Shown: positions 43,659 through 57,790, counted from the stretch's first letter. The stretch is DNA of 64,000 nt from Amoebidium appalachense (GCA_963693365.1 CAVNZM010000009.1:8723408-8787407); one strand, 5' to 3'. The notes: generated by a model from the sequence alone, not told the origin. Numbers and translations are program-made.

Positions 43659-44269
43659 CGCACACACGCACACACACACACACACACGCGCGCGCGCGCA
43701 CATGTTTCTTTTCTTCGCCACCCCTGAGTGGGATATGTATATATATATATGCTCTCACACTGCAGATTTTGCAGGACCGTAAACATGTTAAGCGGAGTGC
43801 AGGTATTGCCTCTTAGGCCTGCTAAAGTGGCATGATTTATGATTCTTAACGTGCAAAACTGCGCCAGCTGCGCTATAACTGATTTTTACTTTTTTTTAAA
43901 AAAAACAAATAACTAGAATTCATCAATGTTTAAAGACCTCTGCACACGAAATCTGTTTGCCCCCAAACTCCTCAGTTGTCACCTTTTCTTAGCATGTAGG
44001 CACACTTACGTGGCAAAGAAGCTCTGCATATGTAGAAGAATTTGCCTTACAAAACACGAACACGAACACAAGTCTTAGTGTGTGTTTGGGAACTGTATGA
44101 AAACCCACACATCATCGAGCTGCTATTCAATTTGCTACACAGAAAGTTTTGCTCTTGGTGAAACACTGTGGCTACACAATTCCTTAGGACTTTCACTTTT
44201 ATGTTACTAGAAACCCCATGGCCATCTTCGCACTTTCTGTTGCTATCGTACTTGCACACAAACACCACC

Positions 44270-45487
44270 ATGTGGAAGAGACTTGCCTCTCCACAGCTCC
44301 TTCGCGGGGTTTCTTCCTTCCGTTGCTGCCTGCAAGCACACATTATCACCACCACCATCACTGTCCAGTCTCCTACCGTTGTGAAAATTTCTCGAAACCC
44401 ACTTACATCACTGAGTAATCGCGAGAACAAGCAGGAAAAAGAAGGCATAGAAGACACAACCCCCACTACCACCACCATCCACCCCCACCAGATCCTCTCC
44501 ACCTACCACCTCCGCATGTCCACTTGGTCTTCATCTCTCCCTTCGTCCGGTGAAAAAAAAAAAGGACACTGTTGATTTTTGGCGCTCGGATTCACCCCTT
44601 GTAAGTCTTTTGATTCCTGCCAAAAATCATTTTGCTAAGAACACAGCCACCACCACCACCACCACCACTGCCACGGAAAAACCATCCATGGAAAACGACG
44701 TGAACAAATCGTGCACAAACGATGATAATAATACTACTGATACGGAGCCCAAATATAACCGCATCATTGCCCCCAAGGAATTCTTGTACGCCATCTCCCC
44801 CGTGTTTTCCGCATCATTATGCTTCGAGAGTGGCGTGAAAAAGACACAGCCATATTGGCTTACAACAACATGCATAAATGGGATATTCCTTCGCTGAATT
44901 TCACGTATGAGGAGTTGGTCACGTTTTTTGAGACCACTGTCAACTTGTACAAGGAGCAAACACGCCAAGAATCAAATGTGCAAGCGGGGGAATCCCCTGT
45001 GAGAGAATGTACTTCCGGGACACTTTGCCTCAATGTGAAGCAAGAAAACACCAGTTCATTACACCGAAGTATGAATCCGGACTACACACACCAGGAAAAT
45101 AAAAACTGATCTAAAACGCTTCTGCGATTGGCGGAAATGGCTCGGTTCTACGACGTTAAAATTGTGACCGATTGGGTGTTGAAAAAGGTGATAAACACAC
45201 CCAGAGACAATGTTGCTTTTTGGGAGACAGATGCTTGTCTGCACTTGTACGCGGCAATCGGACGCACAAGTATTGAAGAAAAATGGGAGGAGTGGATGAT
45301 TAGACGCGTTGTTTCGAGAGCTATTGAACTGAACCTAAAGCACATCACTTCAGGTGTAGGTCACCTATACGGGGGTAAATTGAGGGAGAGACACTGCATG
45401 CTACTTGAATCTATGCCCTCGAAATGTCTTTTGGAGCTTTGGAAGGGGCTTGTGCCGAATGGCTATTATAGAAACCTTGTAAAGTAG
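44270..45487 (+). pseudogene. BTB/POZ-like family member 3 (long subfamily with presequence), disrupted
   Basis: Starts MWKRLASPQLLRG. Frameshifts occur at the A-run near 44553-44563 and near 44815, with an in-frame TGA at 45107-45109. The fragments are collinear with members 5 and 7. Confidence 0.82.
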
Positions 45488-45824
45488 GCTCGCGTATAAA
45501 CTTGCCATTCGGAAAGCTAAAGCGTTTTTTTTTTCATCTGAATTTCTGACTATTAGCAACTCCAAGAGTCCCGGTGAACTTAGTGATGCATATCTATTCT
45601 CATTTCCCATAAAACAGCACCCTTTATGTGAAAAAATAATTATATGTCAGAGTATATATTCTTTCCCTCTTTTTTGTGTTCGTGTCAGTCATCTACATCC
45701 TTACCTTGTCCGTATAAAAAGGAGTTTTTTGGGTGTTTCTTGAATTGACTGACCGATCCTCTGTCTTTTGTTGGTTTTTGTTTTTTTGGGGGAGGGGGGA
45801 GGGGGGAGGGGAGGGGGGCATGCG

Positions 45825-45858
<34 letters not shown>

Positions 45859-46447
45859 GGGAATACGGTAGTTCAAAAATGATATTGTCGTTGGCCCAAG
45901 TAGCTTTGGAGATTGCCGGAAAGTATCATGTACGTCATGTATTTGCGGTAGAAACTGTGAAGAGCTTCGCCACTGTTACGTTTTCTTGTCGTTTTTCAAA
46001 ATTTGAAAAAAATGCTGTTTGACACAAATTAAACCTTTTTGATTCAAAGGCGCACTTGATACCCCCTCCCCCCCCCCCCCCCCCCCCCCCCTGCTCCTCC
46101 TCCGCCCACTCTCTCCCACACCCCCAAATCCTCCTCCCCCCTCCCCTTCCCCCCGCCCCACATTTTTTAAAAGCTGTTCTCCCCCTGCCCTTGTCCACAC
46201 TCCTTCGTGCTTTCTACTAAGTCCCCCCTTCATCCACATTGTTTGGTGCATATATCCGGAAGTGAACGGAGAGATGCAAAGAAGTGTTTATAAAGCGCAC
46301 AAACCAGCTCCGTTCTCTGAGTCCACAAACCCTTTCCTTCCCCCCCCCCCCCCCCACTCCCCCCTCCCCCGACAACCCCCTCCCCCCTCCCCTTCCCTTC
46401 CCCACAACACGCACACAAATACACACACTTACACACGCACACACCGT

Positions 46448-46546
<99 letters not shown>

Positions 46547-47794
46547 AGTGGTTGCCAGAGAACCTCGCAACCCCTTCCTTGCCCGCATTGGTTCCCTTAT
46601 TGCTTGTTTATTGCCCATAGAAACTTGGGCCTCCAATTCGAAAAAAAGAAAACATCAACAAATTCTCCTTTAATTCTTTTGTTGAAGTATCTGCACGCGT
46701 GCCTATGAGCAAAGAGATTTAAAGTATGGCAGGCCGTAATATTAGTGTGTATGCATGCGAGTGCACGCGCGTGTGTGTGCGTGTGCCTGTGCCTGTGCCT
46801 AGCCTGTGTATGGATGCGCGCGTGCGCCACGGTGCATGCGTGTGGTGTGTGTGTGTGTGTCTTGCATGCTCACCACCAGTCGAGCCATTCCATTCGTGTA
46901 CTTTGCCGTTTGGTGTATTGTTGTCGGGCAGTTTGCCAATCTTCTAGATTAAAAAAAGGTTTCCTGGAACACTCGTAGGAGAGGCTGAAAGGACTCCCGG
47001 GGGGGAGTCGGGGTGGGGAGGGGGGGTGTTTTTGTGTGTGGCGGGAGGGGGTTTACAGTGGGGCCGCACGCACGCACACACGCACACACGCTGGCGCACG
47101 CACACACGCACGCACACGCGAACACACACACACACGCACGGGGCGAACGAAAAATAACAAGAGACCAAAAAAATAAAAAGAAGAAAAAATGACAAAAGAC
47201 AAATAACGGTCCAGCTATATACGTCCCTTGGCCCATCCACTTACACCCGTTGGACAGTGCACACACGCAGGAGAAGAATTTTGGGAAATTTTCGCCCAAA
47301 TCCAAGTTTTGATTACTATAGTCTATACGTGTTGACAGGGGGCTGATGGGGGAAAGGGAGAGGTTGTGAACTTTACAGCAAGCAGCAGGGGGGGGGAGGG
47401 GGGGGGGGGGGGGGGGGGAGGGGGATGGGCCAGGAAGGGGGTAAGAGAGAGAGGGGAGTGGGGTGGTGGGTGGTGAGTTTGATGCTCAGCCAGAACTTGA
47501 TTATTTAATGTCGGTTCAGAATCCTTCCCTTCGACCTTCAGCATCCATGCGATTAGCTCCCCAATCTGCCTGTCTCACCACCCAGCCGCTGGAAAAGGAC
47601 ATCATTGTATGTAGATGGGACGTTGTGTTTGTGTGTGTGTGTGTGGGGGAAGGTGGGGGGGGGGGGGGGGGGGGGAGGGGGGGAAGGGCAGGCGGCTGCA
47701 TCAGGTGTTAATGGCAAATTTATCCGATGAGGAAGAGATAGAGCCTTTGGGGCATAAGGCCGGAAGGGTAGGTGAGGGGGGAGAGAGAGAGGGG

Positions 47795-47825
<31 letters not shown>

Positions 47826-48345
47826 GGAAATGGGGCTAATGTGTGGCGGCAGCTAAATGTTCATTCTACATGGGTTTTTGCTTTTCCTTTTTTTTTTTTT
47901 TTTTTTTTTTTGGGGGGGGGGGAGGACAACCTAGCAAGCCCTAGGTGTTGGGCCACGGAAAAAGGAAGGGAAAAATAGGGGTGTGCACACCATTAAAAAG
48001 AATACAAAAATGGAATGCCATGGAAGGGAAGAAGGGGGGAAGAAGAGGGGGGGGATTGGGGTGGGATGTTGGTGTGGGGGTGAGGTGGGTTGGTCGGTGG
48101 TTTGAGGGGGAAGGCGGAGGGGGAGGGGGGGGGGAGGGAGGGGGGCAGATTTGTACCGAATGCACCTGTGAACATACAACTTGTCTTTTTCCATATGCCA
48201 CGTCGTGGTGTGTTGGTATATCGGAGAGAGAACACAACACAATGTTCAACGGTTTCCACCTAAAACGTCTTTATACAGTTCTCCACATGTGTACAACTAG
48301 GATATCTGGTCCGACAATCGTTGGGTTGCAATTACTTCATGATCA

Positions 48346-48389
<44 letters not shown>

Positions 48390-48560
48390 AAAAAAGAAAT
48401 AAAAACTAAAACTAAACTTTAATAAATCGAAAAAAAATAAAAAGACGAAGAAAAAGAAAAAAAAAGAACAAAGAAGGTGATGGTGTATATTTTGTTGTAA
48501 ATTAACCACCACCACCAAAGGCACTAAAAGAAAACCTTGAATCACAATCAGATAGCTGCC

Positions 48561-49130
48561 TTAAGATTCGACATCCGCCTTCCAGAGTCGAATGATATCC
48601 TTTGCGGTCATAGAGTCAAGCAGTTCGGTTCTCAAAAGAAAACGGTCGGTCTTTGGGTCATCATAAAGGACCCGATCATGAATTAGTTCAATCATCCAAT
48701 ACTCCCATTTCACCTGAAAGTTATTACGCCCCATGGCCGCGTACACGTGCAGGCACACATCCTCCCCCCAAAAAGCCCTGTTTATCCTGCATGTGCTCAA
48801 AACATTTTCCACCAGCCAGTCCCGCACGATTTTAACGTTGTAGTAATAGTACCCAGCCATTTCCACCAACCGTACAAGCGCTTTGGTGTGGTCGTCGTTT
48901 TCCTTGTCGATGTTTTCGTTTGTCACCTTTGGAAACACTGCCCCGGAAACCCATGCTTTCGCGTTTTCTTTAGATTGCACATTGATTTTTTGGCGTGTCG
49001 CTTTTATGTGCAAGTCGGCGGCGGTCTCCAAAAACGTGATCAACTCTGCGTAGGTGAAAATCGGCATAGGAACATTCCCCGACTCTGTTTTTCCTGCTTG
49101 TTCTCGTGTTTTAGCCACTTCAGCTGGCAT
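48561..49130 (-). pseudogene. BTB/POZ-like family member 4, 5'-truncated (C-terminal 189 aa)
   Basis: Retains FTYAELITFLET, LVRLVEMAGYY and FWGEDVCLHVYAAMGRNNFQVKW, but lacks the N-terminal KEFLCAISPVF half. Confidence 0.7.
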
Positions 49131-50591
49131 AAATCAAGAAAAGGTGACAACCAGCGAGTTAGCTGAAAAGATACCTCGTGCACGTAGGGCTTCGTAGTGG
49201 TCACTTTATATGTTTACTTATAGAGACATAACTCGATTGTTATGCAAAGCAGCTCCTGTTGTCAAACAAACGATCGCGGGTGCGTATTATAAAATGCACG
49301 CAAGCTTGATACCATAAAGACGGGGAATTGTCGTATACGTTTTTCATGGTTATGTGTGGGCATGTAAAACATTCAGTGTTTGAGCAGAGGTGCATGTCAC
49401 ATTGCATATGACACATACATACGCATGCCTGATCACCGTACGCGTCCCCAACATGTACAGGTGCAGGTTATGTGCACATGCCATATTAAAACACGCAGAA
49501 CGCCTAAATATATACACGACACAACGTTTGTGGTTTGGGCTTCACATTCAGTGCCAAAGAGGAGATTAAACGAATAATGCGTCTTTGTTGTTATTTATCA
49601 TGAGATAATATGACTATTGGGGAAAGCCTAATGTCAGACATTATGTGCCGCAAACATGATAACTTCATGTGTATGCATATGCTTTTGATCCAGTCTTGAA
49701 ATGGCAGTCGAAGAAGACCCTGCAGTTGAAGATTGGAAACCTTATTTGCTGCCAAACAGACAGCACGCGTAACAACATTCTTACAGCTAACATGAGGAGT
49801 GTCCCCAAAACGCTGTGAGTCACATGATATCTAAGATCTATATGACAGGCATAACGCATGCATGTGATAATTGGTACGCTTAAATAGAACAAGTGCTTGA
49901 GCACTTGAAAGCTGTGTTTGTGTGTGTGTTTGTTAGGAAAACTTGCACAGAGTTGTGATGGCAGCGGCCTTGGGCATGCTTTGTTATGATGCTTGTGGAT
50001 CGACCTGATGACCAGTGTACACAACACTGCAAGGTGCGATCTAGCTTTCGAATCTATTCAACATATTTGTCGCTTTGGTTGGTGGAGCAGGCATCACCTA
50101 ACTACCAATCACAACTAAGAATAAGTTGAATAGATCGATCTGATAATCTGAATCTTGAAGTCCGACAAATGGCACTCACTCACAATCGCTTGTGTATTCT
50201 CAGATCGCTGCTTTATTATCATATATATAGCTGTAACGTGAATGTTTTAGCAACCAGTGAATCAACATTAATACTCACAGACCACAGCTGCACACCCTTC
50301 CATTTCACTAATTATTATAACACATGTTAATTGTTATCTGAGTCAGACAGTTTCGCACATGCACGCACTAAGGCTGGTGCATTTGGCAGCATCTCCAATT
50401 TCAGACATATGGATATGAGAGTGGGGGTGGTGTGTGTGCGTGTGTGTGTGTGGTGGGAGGGTGGGGTGGGGTGGTGGGGGGGGAGAGAGGCTTGTTGTTC
50501 CTTCAAGTTGCTACATGCATGCAGGTGTGCCGGGAGAGGGGAATGGTGGAACAGGGAGAGAGAGATGGGTGGGGGCTCCGGGGAGGGGCGG

Positions 50592-50635
<44 letters not shown>

Positions 50636-51045
50636 TGGGGGGACGGAGGAGAGGGGGATATGTGTTCGTGCATTTTCATGCGTGCAACTGGTGGTGGTGG
50701 TGATGGGGTGGAGAAGGGAGGGGGGGGGGGGGGGGGAGGGGGGGGGGGGGGGGGGGCCTGCGGGAGGGGGGGAAGGGGGGAGGAGGGGGGAGGGGTAAGG
50801 AGAGCAGGGGCAAACCAAAGAACTAATGTGTTTCACATGTAGAATTTTGACCCCGTGCCCAAATTTTACATATTTCTACTTTTCTAGTTGTTTTGTAATA
50901 ATAATTTAGCTAAGTAGAAAGAAGTTCGATTTCTGCACATGTGTCTGTACTTCTGAGGGATGGGGTGGGAAGTAGGGGAGTAAAAGGAGAAGAGGTGCGG
51001 AGCCAAGTGTGCGCGCGTGCGTGCATGCGCGCGCGCGCGCGCGCG

Positions 51046-51077
<32 letters not shown>

Positions 51078-51160
51078 GAGATGTGGGATGTCAACATGAT
51101 GTGCGTGTGTATGTGTGTGCATGCGTGCATGCTTTTGGCGTGCGTGCGTGTGTGCGTGTG

Positions 51161-51217
<57 letters not shown>

Positions 51218-52045
51218 GCGTGCAGCACGCGTTCGTGTGCGTGCGTGCGTGCGTGCGTGCGTGCCCTCCAACCCCCCCCCCCCCCCCCCCCCCCCCCCGT
51301 GCGTGCAGCACGCGTTCGTGTGCGTGCGTGCGTGCGTGCGTGCTTGCATGCCCCTCCCCCCCCCCCCCCCCCCCCCCCTCCGTTCTCCCCCCTCCGCGTG
51401 CGTGCGCGCATGCCCCCCCCCCCCCCCCCCCCCCCCTACCCCCCCGTTCTCCCCCCCTTCAACCTGCCCACTCTTTTTTATACCCGCCACCCATCCACCC
51501 CAAGGTATGCATTCTAGCTGAACCTTTCCCACAGTACCCCTCCCCCCCTCCCGCCCCACGCGCCAAAACTCCCCCCCTCCCCCACCCTTCTTCCCCTAGA
51601 GTGTTACAGGCGCATTCTTCGTAATATTCCAGAAAGAAGCAAGCTGCTCGACAAAATACTTGCATAATCCCTAAATGCACCCTAAATGCACAATCGTTTG
51701 GCTGAACTGGTGATGGCATGCAACACACCAAAACGTGCACACGCACACGCACACGCACACGCACACGCACACGCACACGCACACGCACACGCACACGCAC
51801 ACGCACACGCACACGCACACGCACACGCACGCGCACGCGCACGCGCACAGCACGGACACGGACACGCACACGCGATAAGAGACAGAGCTAATCTATGTGC
51901 TTGAAGAATGCTTGCCTTTACATACTTTTAGTCACTCCCGGATCCACACACCGAGAGCTCACACCAAGAACTGGAGATAAGAGAAAGGCATATTGAAAGC
52001 AGAAAAGGGGCAGGGGGAGAATGGTTGAAAGATTTTTTTTTTTTT

Positions 52046-52095
<50 letters not shown>

Positions 52096-52325
52096 AGGAG
52101 GAGGTTGTATCAAGTGCGCACCTTGTGAATCAAAAGTTTCAAATTTGTGCCGTACGGTGTTGTTGTAAATTCAGCATAAAGGAAAGAAGAGTCTGGTGTA
52201 CTGAGATCTCTTCACAGAAGACAGTTTCCACCATAATTGTGTGGCATACATGATATTCTCGCAACCACCACAACCACTCGGCCGAGCAGCAATATCATTA
52301 TGATTTCCGAGATTGTCGGTATGTA

Positions 52326-52411
<86 letters not shown>

Positions 52412-52668
52412 AGAAGAAAAAAGAAAAAGAAAAAAAGAAAGAAAAAGCCCGACGTTCCGTGAGTAACAAGTATGAAACACCCAAAAACTCCAACATTGTA
52501 GACCAGGTATGGATATGACTGACACGAGTACAAAAAGAGAAAAGAATATAAATACGTATGGTTACAAAGTTACACAAAACATGCTGTTCGGGGGGGAGGA
52601 AAGAAAACAAAGAGCATTACCGTAACGGTTACGGAAGACGTGTTGGTAGTTTCTAAATCGGAACAGAA

Positions 52669-53997
52669 TCAGTTGTCAACAGGCTCATCATTATCTGCAA
52701 GTTCTTTGTAATAGCTGTTCCAAGCAAGCACGTTCCAGAGTTTCAAAAGACATTTGGAGGGCATAGACGCAAGAAGCCCGTGGTGCTCATTCTTGAGTTT
52801 GCCCCTACAGACATAGCCCACACCGCTAGTGTAATGGTCTACTGCCCCAAGGCTCGGCTCGATAACCCTCGAAACGATGCGTCCAATCATCCAGTCCTTC
52901 CATTTCACCTGAAAATTTGCCCGTCCCATCGCCGCGTACACATGCAGGCACGCATCTTCCACCCAAAAAGCATCATTGTCTCTAGGTATGCTCAACACAT
53001 TTTTCACCAGCCAGTCGCGCACAATTATAACGTCGTAGAACCCGGCCATTTCAACCAATCGTACGATTGCTTTGGTGCGGTGGTCGTTTTCCCTTTTGGT
53101 GTTTTCCTGCGTCACTTTTGGGAAACGTGTTCCGGGGGTCCATTTGTGTGGATTGGCAAGGCCTTGCAATTTGTGCAAGTTTACAGTGGTCTCCAAAAAC
53201 GTGATCAATTCCCTATGTGTGAAATTCGCTGCCAAAATGGATGTGTCTTTTTCGCACCGTTGTCGAAACATTGCAGAGAAAACGGGGGAGATATCGCACA
53301 AGAACTCCTTGGGGGTGATAATACGGTTAAATTTGAGCTCTGTATCGGTAGCCTTCTCACCGTTTGCACAGTTTTCGTTGGTGTCGTTTTCCTTGGCAGG
53401 GTTTTCCTTGCCACTGGTGGTGGTTGTAGTAATGGTGTCTTCGGAGGTTGCGCATGCGTTAGTGTTTGTGCGGTTAAATTTGAGCTCTGTATCGGTAGCC
53501 TTCTCACCGTTTGCACAGTTTTCGTTTGTGTCGTTTTCCTTGGCAGCGTTTTCCTTGCCACTGGTGGTGGTTGTAGTAATGGTGTCTTCTGAGGTTGTGC
53601 ATGCGTTAGTGTTTGTGGTGGTGGTCGCGGTAGTGGCAGGAATCAAAAGACTAACAAGGGGTGTATTCGGACGCCAAAAGTCAACAGTGTGATCCTTGTT
53701 TTTTTTGGGCACCGAGGGAGAGGGGGATGAAGGAGACCACGTAGACATGCGGAGATGGTAGGTGGAGAGGATCTGGTGGGGGTGGATGGTGGTGGGGGTA
53801 GGGGGGGTTGTGTCTTCTATTCCTTCTTTTTCCTGCTTGTGTTCGTGTGCGCAGGGAGGGGTGGTTGGGTTTTGAGTAATTTTCATGGTGGTAGGAGACT
53901 GGACAATGATGGTGGTGGTGATGGTGCGTGCTTGCAGGTAGCCACGGAAGGAAGAAACTCCCCGAAGGAGCTGCGGAGAGGAAAGTCTTTTCCACAT
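52669..53997 (-). CDS. BTB/POZ-like family member 5 (long subfamily, intact, 442 aa; mitochondrial-presequence-like N-terminus)
   Basis: ATG at 53997 (MWKRLSSPQLLRGVSSFRGYLQARTITT); motif PKEFLCDISPVFSAMF; internal in-frame 147-bp duplication at 53324-53617. Confidence 0.82.
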   Translation of the reverse strand: MWKRLSSPQLLRGVSSFRGYLQARTITTTIIVQSPTTMKITQNPTTPPCAHEHKQEKEGIEDTTPPTPTTIHPHQILSTYHLRMSTWSPSSPSPSVPKKNKDHTVDFWRPNTPLVSLLIPATTATTTTNTNACTTSEDTITTTTTSGKENAAKENDTNENCANGEKATDTELKFNRTNTNACATSEDTITTTTTSGKENPAKENDTNENCANGEKATDTELKFNRIITPKEFLCDISPVFSAMFRQRCEKDTSILAANFTHRELITFLETTVNLHKLQGLANPHKWTPGTRFPKVTQENTKRENDHRTKAIVRLVEMAGFYDVIIVRDWLVKNVLSIPRDNDAFWVEDACLHVYAAMGRANFQVKWKDWMIGRIVSRVIEPSLGAVDHYTSGVGYVCRGKLKNEHHGLLASMPSKCLLKLWNVLAWNSYYKELADNDEPVDN

Positions 53998-54666
53998 GGT
54001 CGTGTATGTGTGAAAGTACAATGATAAAAATGCGAACATGGGTGTGAAGGGTCCCAAGGATATGCAAGGTTAGTAAAAAGAAAAAGAAAAAGGGGTAAGG
54101 AATAAAATTTTGTCTCTCTTAGTTTTCTTCTAGCTCACTAATTCAGATCAGGTGATGTGTGGCTTTTTATGCTGTTGCCAAACACATATGCAGCTATTCT
54201 CGTGTTCTTATTGACCATGTGAACTCATGACCTACACATGCAAGGCAGCTTTGCTGCGTCAGCGTGCTTACATATACCAAGAAAACGTGATAACTAAATA
54301 GTGAAGTGTGGGGCTAAAAACATAGCGCGTGTAGAGGACTTAACAAAACAATAAAATATGCAGGAGAAGATTACACTGTGACACAATAACAACAACCAAA
54401 AGTACACGAAGATTATTTATCAGTTTATGACACGCAGCTACCTTTTAATGCGCAGTGTGAGAAAAACCGATGCCCCTCACCAGTGTGAGAAAAAACGATG
54501 CCAATCACGTTCGACCCCCCCCCCCCCCCCCCCCCGGCCCCCCCCTTTTTCCCTCCCCTGAGGGTGTACGTGCGTGTGCTCGTATGTGCCTGTGGGTGTG
54601 TGGGTGTGTGGGTGGATGCGTATTTGAGTGTGCGGTGCGGGAATGAGGCTTTTGGGGGCAGGTGGT

Positions 54667-54698
<32 letters not shown>

Positions 54699-55848
54699 GA
54701 GGGGGAGGGATGGGGGAGGGGGGGAGGGAGGGGGGAGGGGAGGAGGAAGACTGGAATTCTTTAGGGGAAAGAGCAAATATTTAGCTATAGATACATTTTC
54801 GTTGTCTCATCGTGAGTCTATTGCAATGTCATGTACAAAATCACGTTACAGTATCCGATTCCATCAACGAGAAATATTTTTTTGGAATGTATATGATGCG
54901 CGCTCCGCCAATCGGTTGCACAAATAACCTGAATAGATCTGAATGAAGTCACGTGAAACCGCATTGCAGAGGACATCGCACAGATCCTCCCCGTCTATTT
55001 GATCATCATTCCAGTACCCATCTGATCGAGACCAAACACAGAATGAATGTGGGTGCGAGTGTGTGTGCGTGTGTGCGAGTGTGCGAGTGTGCGAGTGTGC
55101 GTGCGTGTGTGAGCGTGTGCATGTGTGCGTGTGTGCGTGGGAGGGGGAGAGGGAGAGGAGGAGGGGGGAGGGGGAGGGGGCAGATAACTGTAACAGTTGG
55201 GAGAGCCAAATTCATTCTGTGGGGAAGCTTTGGGGAATAGGCGGTGAGAGAAGGGAAAAAACGGGTGGGGGGGGGATGGGCGGTGGTGGTGGGGCAGCAG
55301 ATTTGTCGAAATGCACCCATGAGCCATGGGCTTGTTTTTTACATATGCCATTCGCTGAGTGTTATGTCGAAGTCGACGTCGGCATACCGGAGAGAAATAC
55401 AGAAAGGCTTTTTTCACGTTTTCCACCTGAAACCCTTACATGATATATGAAGTTGATACTTTTCCACACATGCACAACAAGGATATCGGTCCGACTACGT
55501 CGTTGGGGTACAATTCCTCCATGCTATCCCCCCCCCCCCCCCCCCCCAACCCACCCACCCACCCCACCCCCACCCCCTCCTCTCCCACCTGCGTCTTCCC
55601 CCCCCCCCCCCCTCCCCCCCCCCCCCCCCCCCCCCCAAAAAAAAATGAAAGTAGATTAAAATCAAAATTAAATATGAAAATTTAAATGGCAAACTTAATA
55701 AAGAGGACAGGGGGGGGGGGGGGGGGGGGAAAGAAGAAAAAGAAAAAGACAGAAAAACGATGGTATACATCTTGTTGTGATTTGACGGCCATCACCAAAG
55801 GAAAGGAAAAGGAAAACAGATTGACACCTACAGCTGCAGAGCCTCCTT

Positions 55849-56880
55849 TTATTTCGACATATATGCCTCCCAGAGTCGAACGACATCTTTTCCAGGCAGA
55901 GGTGCAAGAAGTTCTGTCTGTAAACTGTATTTGCAAATGTATAAGTTGTGTGATTCAATATAAACGTTATTCCTTTCCCTGGGCAAGATAGACTCAGCAA
56001 TAACCCGGGCACAAATTCGTTCAATTTTCCAATCCTTCCATTTCACCTGAAAGTTATTAAGTCCCATGACCGTGTCCACGTACAGACATGTATCCCATCC
56101 CCAGAAGGCATCATTGTCCTTGGGTATGCTCGAAACATTTTCCACCAGCCAGTCACGCACGGTTTCAACGTCGTAGTACCCAGCCATTTCCACCAATCGC
56201 ACGAGCGCTGCTGTGCGGTCGTCGTTTTCTTCTGGTGTGTTCTCCATGGTCGCATTTGGAAATACTGCCCCAGGAGTCCATGAGTGTGAGTTTTCTTTAA
56301 TACTTAGTTGCACCGCGTTGATTTTTTGTCTTGTTGCCTTCTCGTGCAAGTTGACGGCGGTCTCCAAAAACGTAATCAATTCCATAAATGTGAAATTTGG
56401 TGACGGAATACCCCCTGCCTGTGTGTTGTTGTAGGCCAAGATGGCTGTGTCACTTTTTGCACCGCTGTCGGAGCATTTCGGAAAACACGGGGAATATGGT
56501 GCACAGGAATTCCTTAGGGCAATGATACGGTTTGAAGTAGGGCTCTGTATCAGTTGTCTTTTCACCGTTTGCACAGCTGGTGTCGTTTTCCTTTAGGGGG
56601 TTTTCTGTGGCACTGGTTGTGGCGGTAGTGGTAGGAATCATGGTGGGAATCAAAAGACTAACGAGGGGTGCCTCCGAGCACCAAAAGTCAACTGCATGCT
56701 CCTTTTTTTCGTCGGAAGGTGAGAGGGATGAAGAAGACCACGTAGACATACGGAGGTGGTAGGTGGAGAGGATCTGGTGGGGGTGGATGGTGGGGATGGA
56801 GAGGGTTTTGTGTTCCATTTCTTGTTTTCCCTTCTTGTTCTCGTGTGCAGAGAGAGGGGTGGGTGGATTTCGAATGATTC
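55849..56880 (-). pseudogene. BTB/POZ-like family member 6 (long subfamily), frameshifted, with the presequence lost
   Basis: HPHQILSTYHLRMSTW, PKEFLCTIFPVF and LVRLVEMAGYYDV are split over two frames (shifts near 56450-56535). The 5' end is replaced by simple repeats. Confidence 0.8.
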
Positions 56881-57289
56881 TTCGGGAGAGGTCCGGAGAG
56901 GGGTGTGGGAGGGGGGGGGGGGGGGGGGGGGGAGGGGGGGCATGCATGTGGGTGGCTGCGAGAGGAAGAATAGTGGAGGTGTGTATGGGGGGGAGGGGAG
57001 GGGAGGAGGGGGGGTAGGAGGGGAGGGGGGGAAGGGGGGGGGGGGGGGGGGGGTAGGAGGAAGGGGAGGGAGGTTTTGTTCCTTGCCAAAGACGATGAAT
57101 GTATATTTATGTGTGGTGTCCTGAATGCGTTCAAGTGGTAGGGTGGTGTACGTAAGATAGGGAAGATTCAGGCAGGGCCAAAATCAACGTGTGGTACTCC
57201 CCCCCCCCCCCCCCCCCCCCTTTCTCCCCCCCCTGGGACACACTCCACCGTGATGAGAATGTAAAGCGCGTGCGGGTGCGCGCTCACAC

Positions 57290-57334
<45 letters not shown>

Positions 57335-57581
57335 AGCCCAGCAACATAATCCCCCTCGCTCGTCCCCATCAGCAACTAGCAAGGGGATAAGGTGGGGTTG
57401 GTTGGGGGAGGGGGGGGAGGGGGGGGGAGGGGAGGGAGTAGGGACGGGAGCGGAGGGGGGAGGGAGGGTAAAGAGAGAGAGGGGCTGTGTGGTGGGTCCC
57501 ACAGTTGTTTGTCAGCCAAAACTTGTTAGTTAATGCACTTTCAGGACCTTTCCTTTTAACCTACTTCATCTATGTGCTTAG

Positions 57582-57790
57582 CTCTACCCACCGGCGTGGC
57601 TGGGGTGAATACCCTGGGCTAAGTGTGTGCAAATAGTTAGGATTGTTAAAGGTGTGTTAGCTTAGCTAATAATACCGTAGCACCCTAGCTAGAACTCTAG
57701 AGTACTGTCGGTGCTGGGTGGAAGACGGTGTTCCCCATGGAGGCCGCAAGGGTCCCTCCGGGAACAAAACGGGATTAAAAAAAAAAAAAA
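57582..57790 (+). mobile_element. ~210-nt structured poly(A) retroposon (SINE-like), copy 2
   Basis: Has an A14 tail and TSD GTGCTTAG (57574-57581 / 57791-57798); shares CGGCGTGGCTGGGGT ... CCCTCCGGGAACAAAACG with copy 1. Confidence 0.88.
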
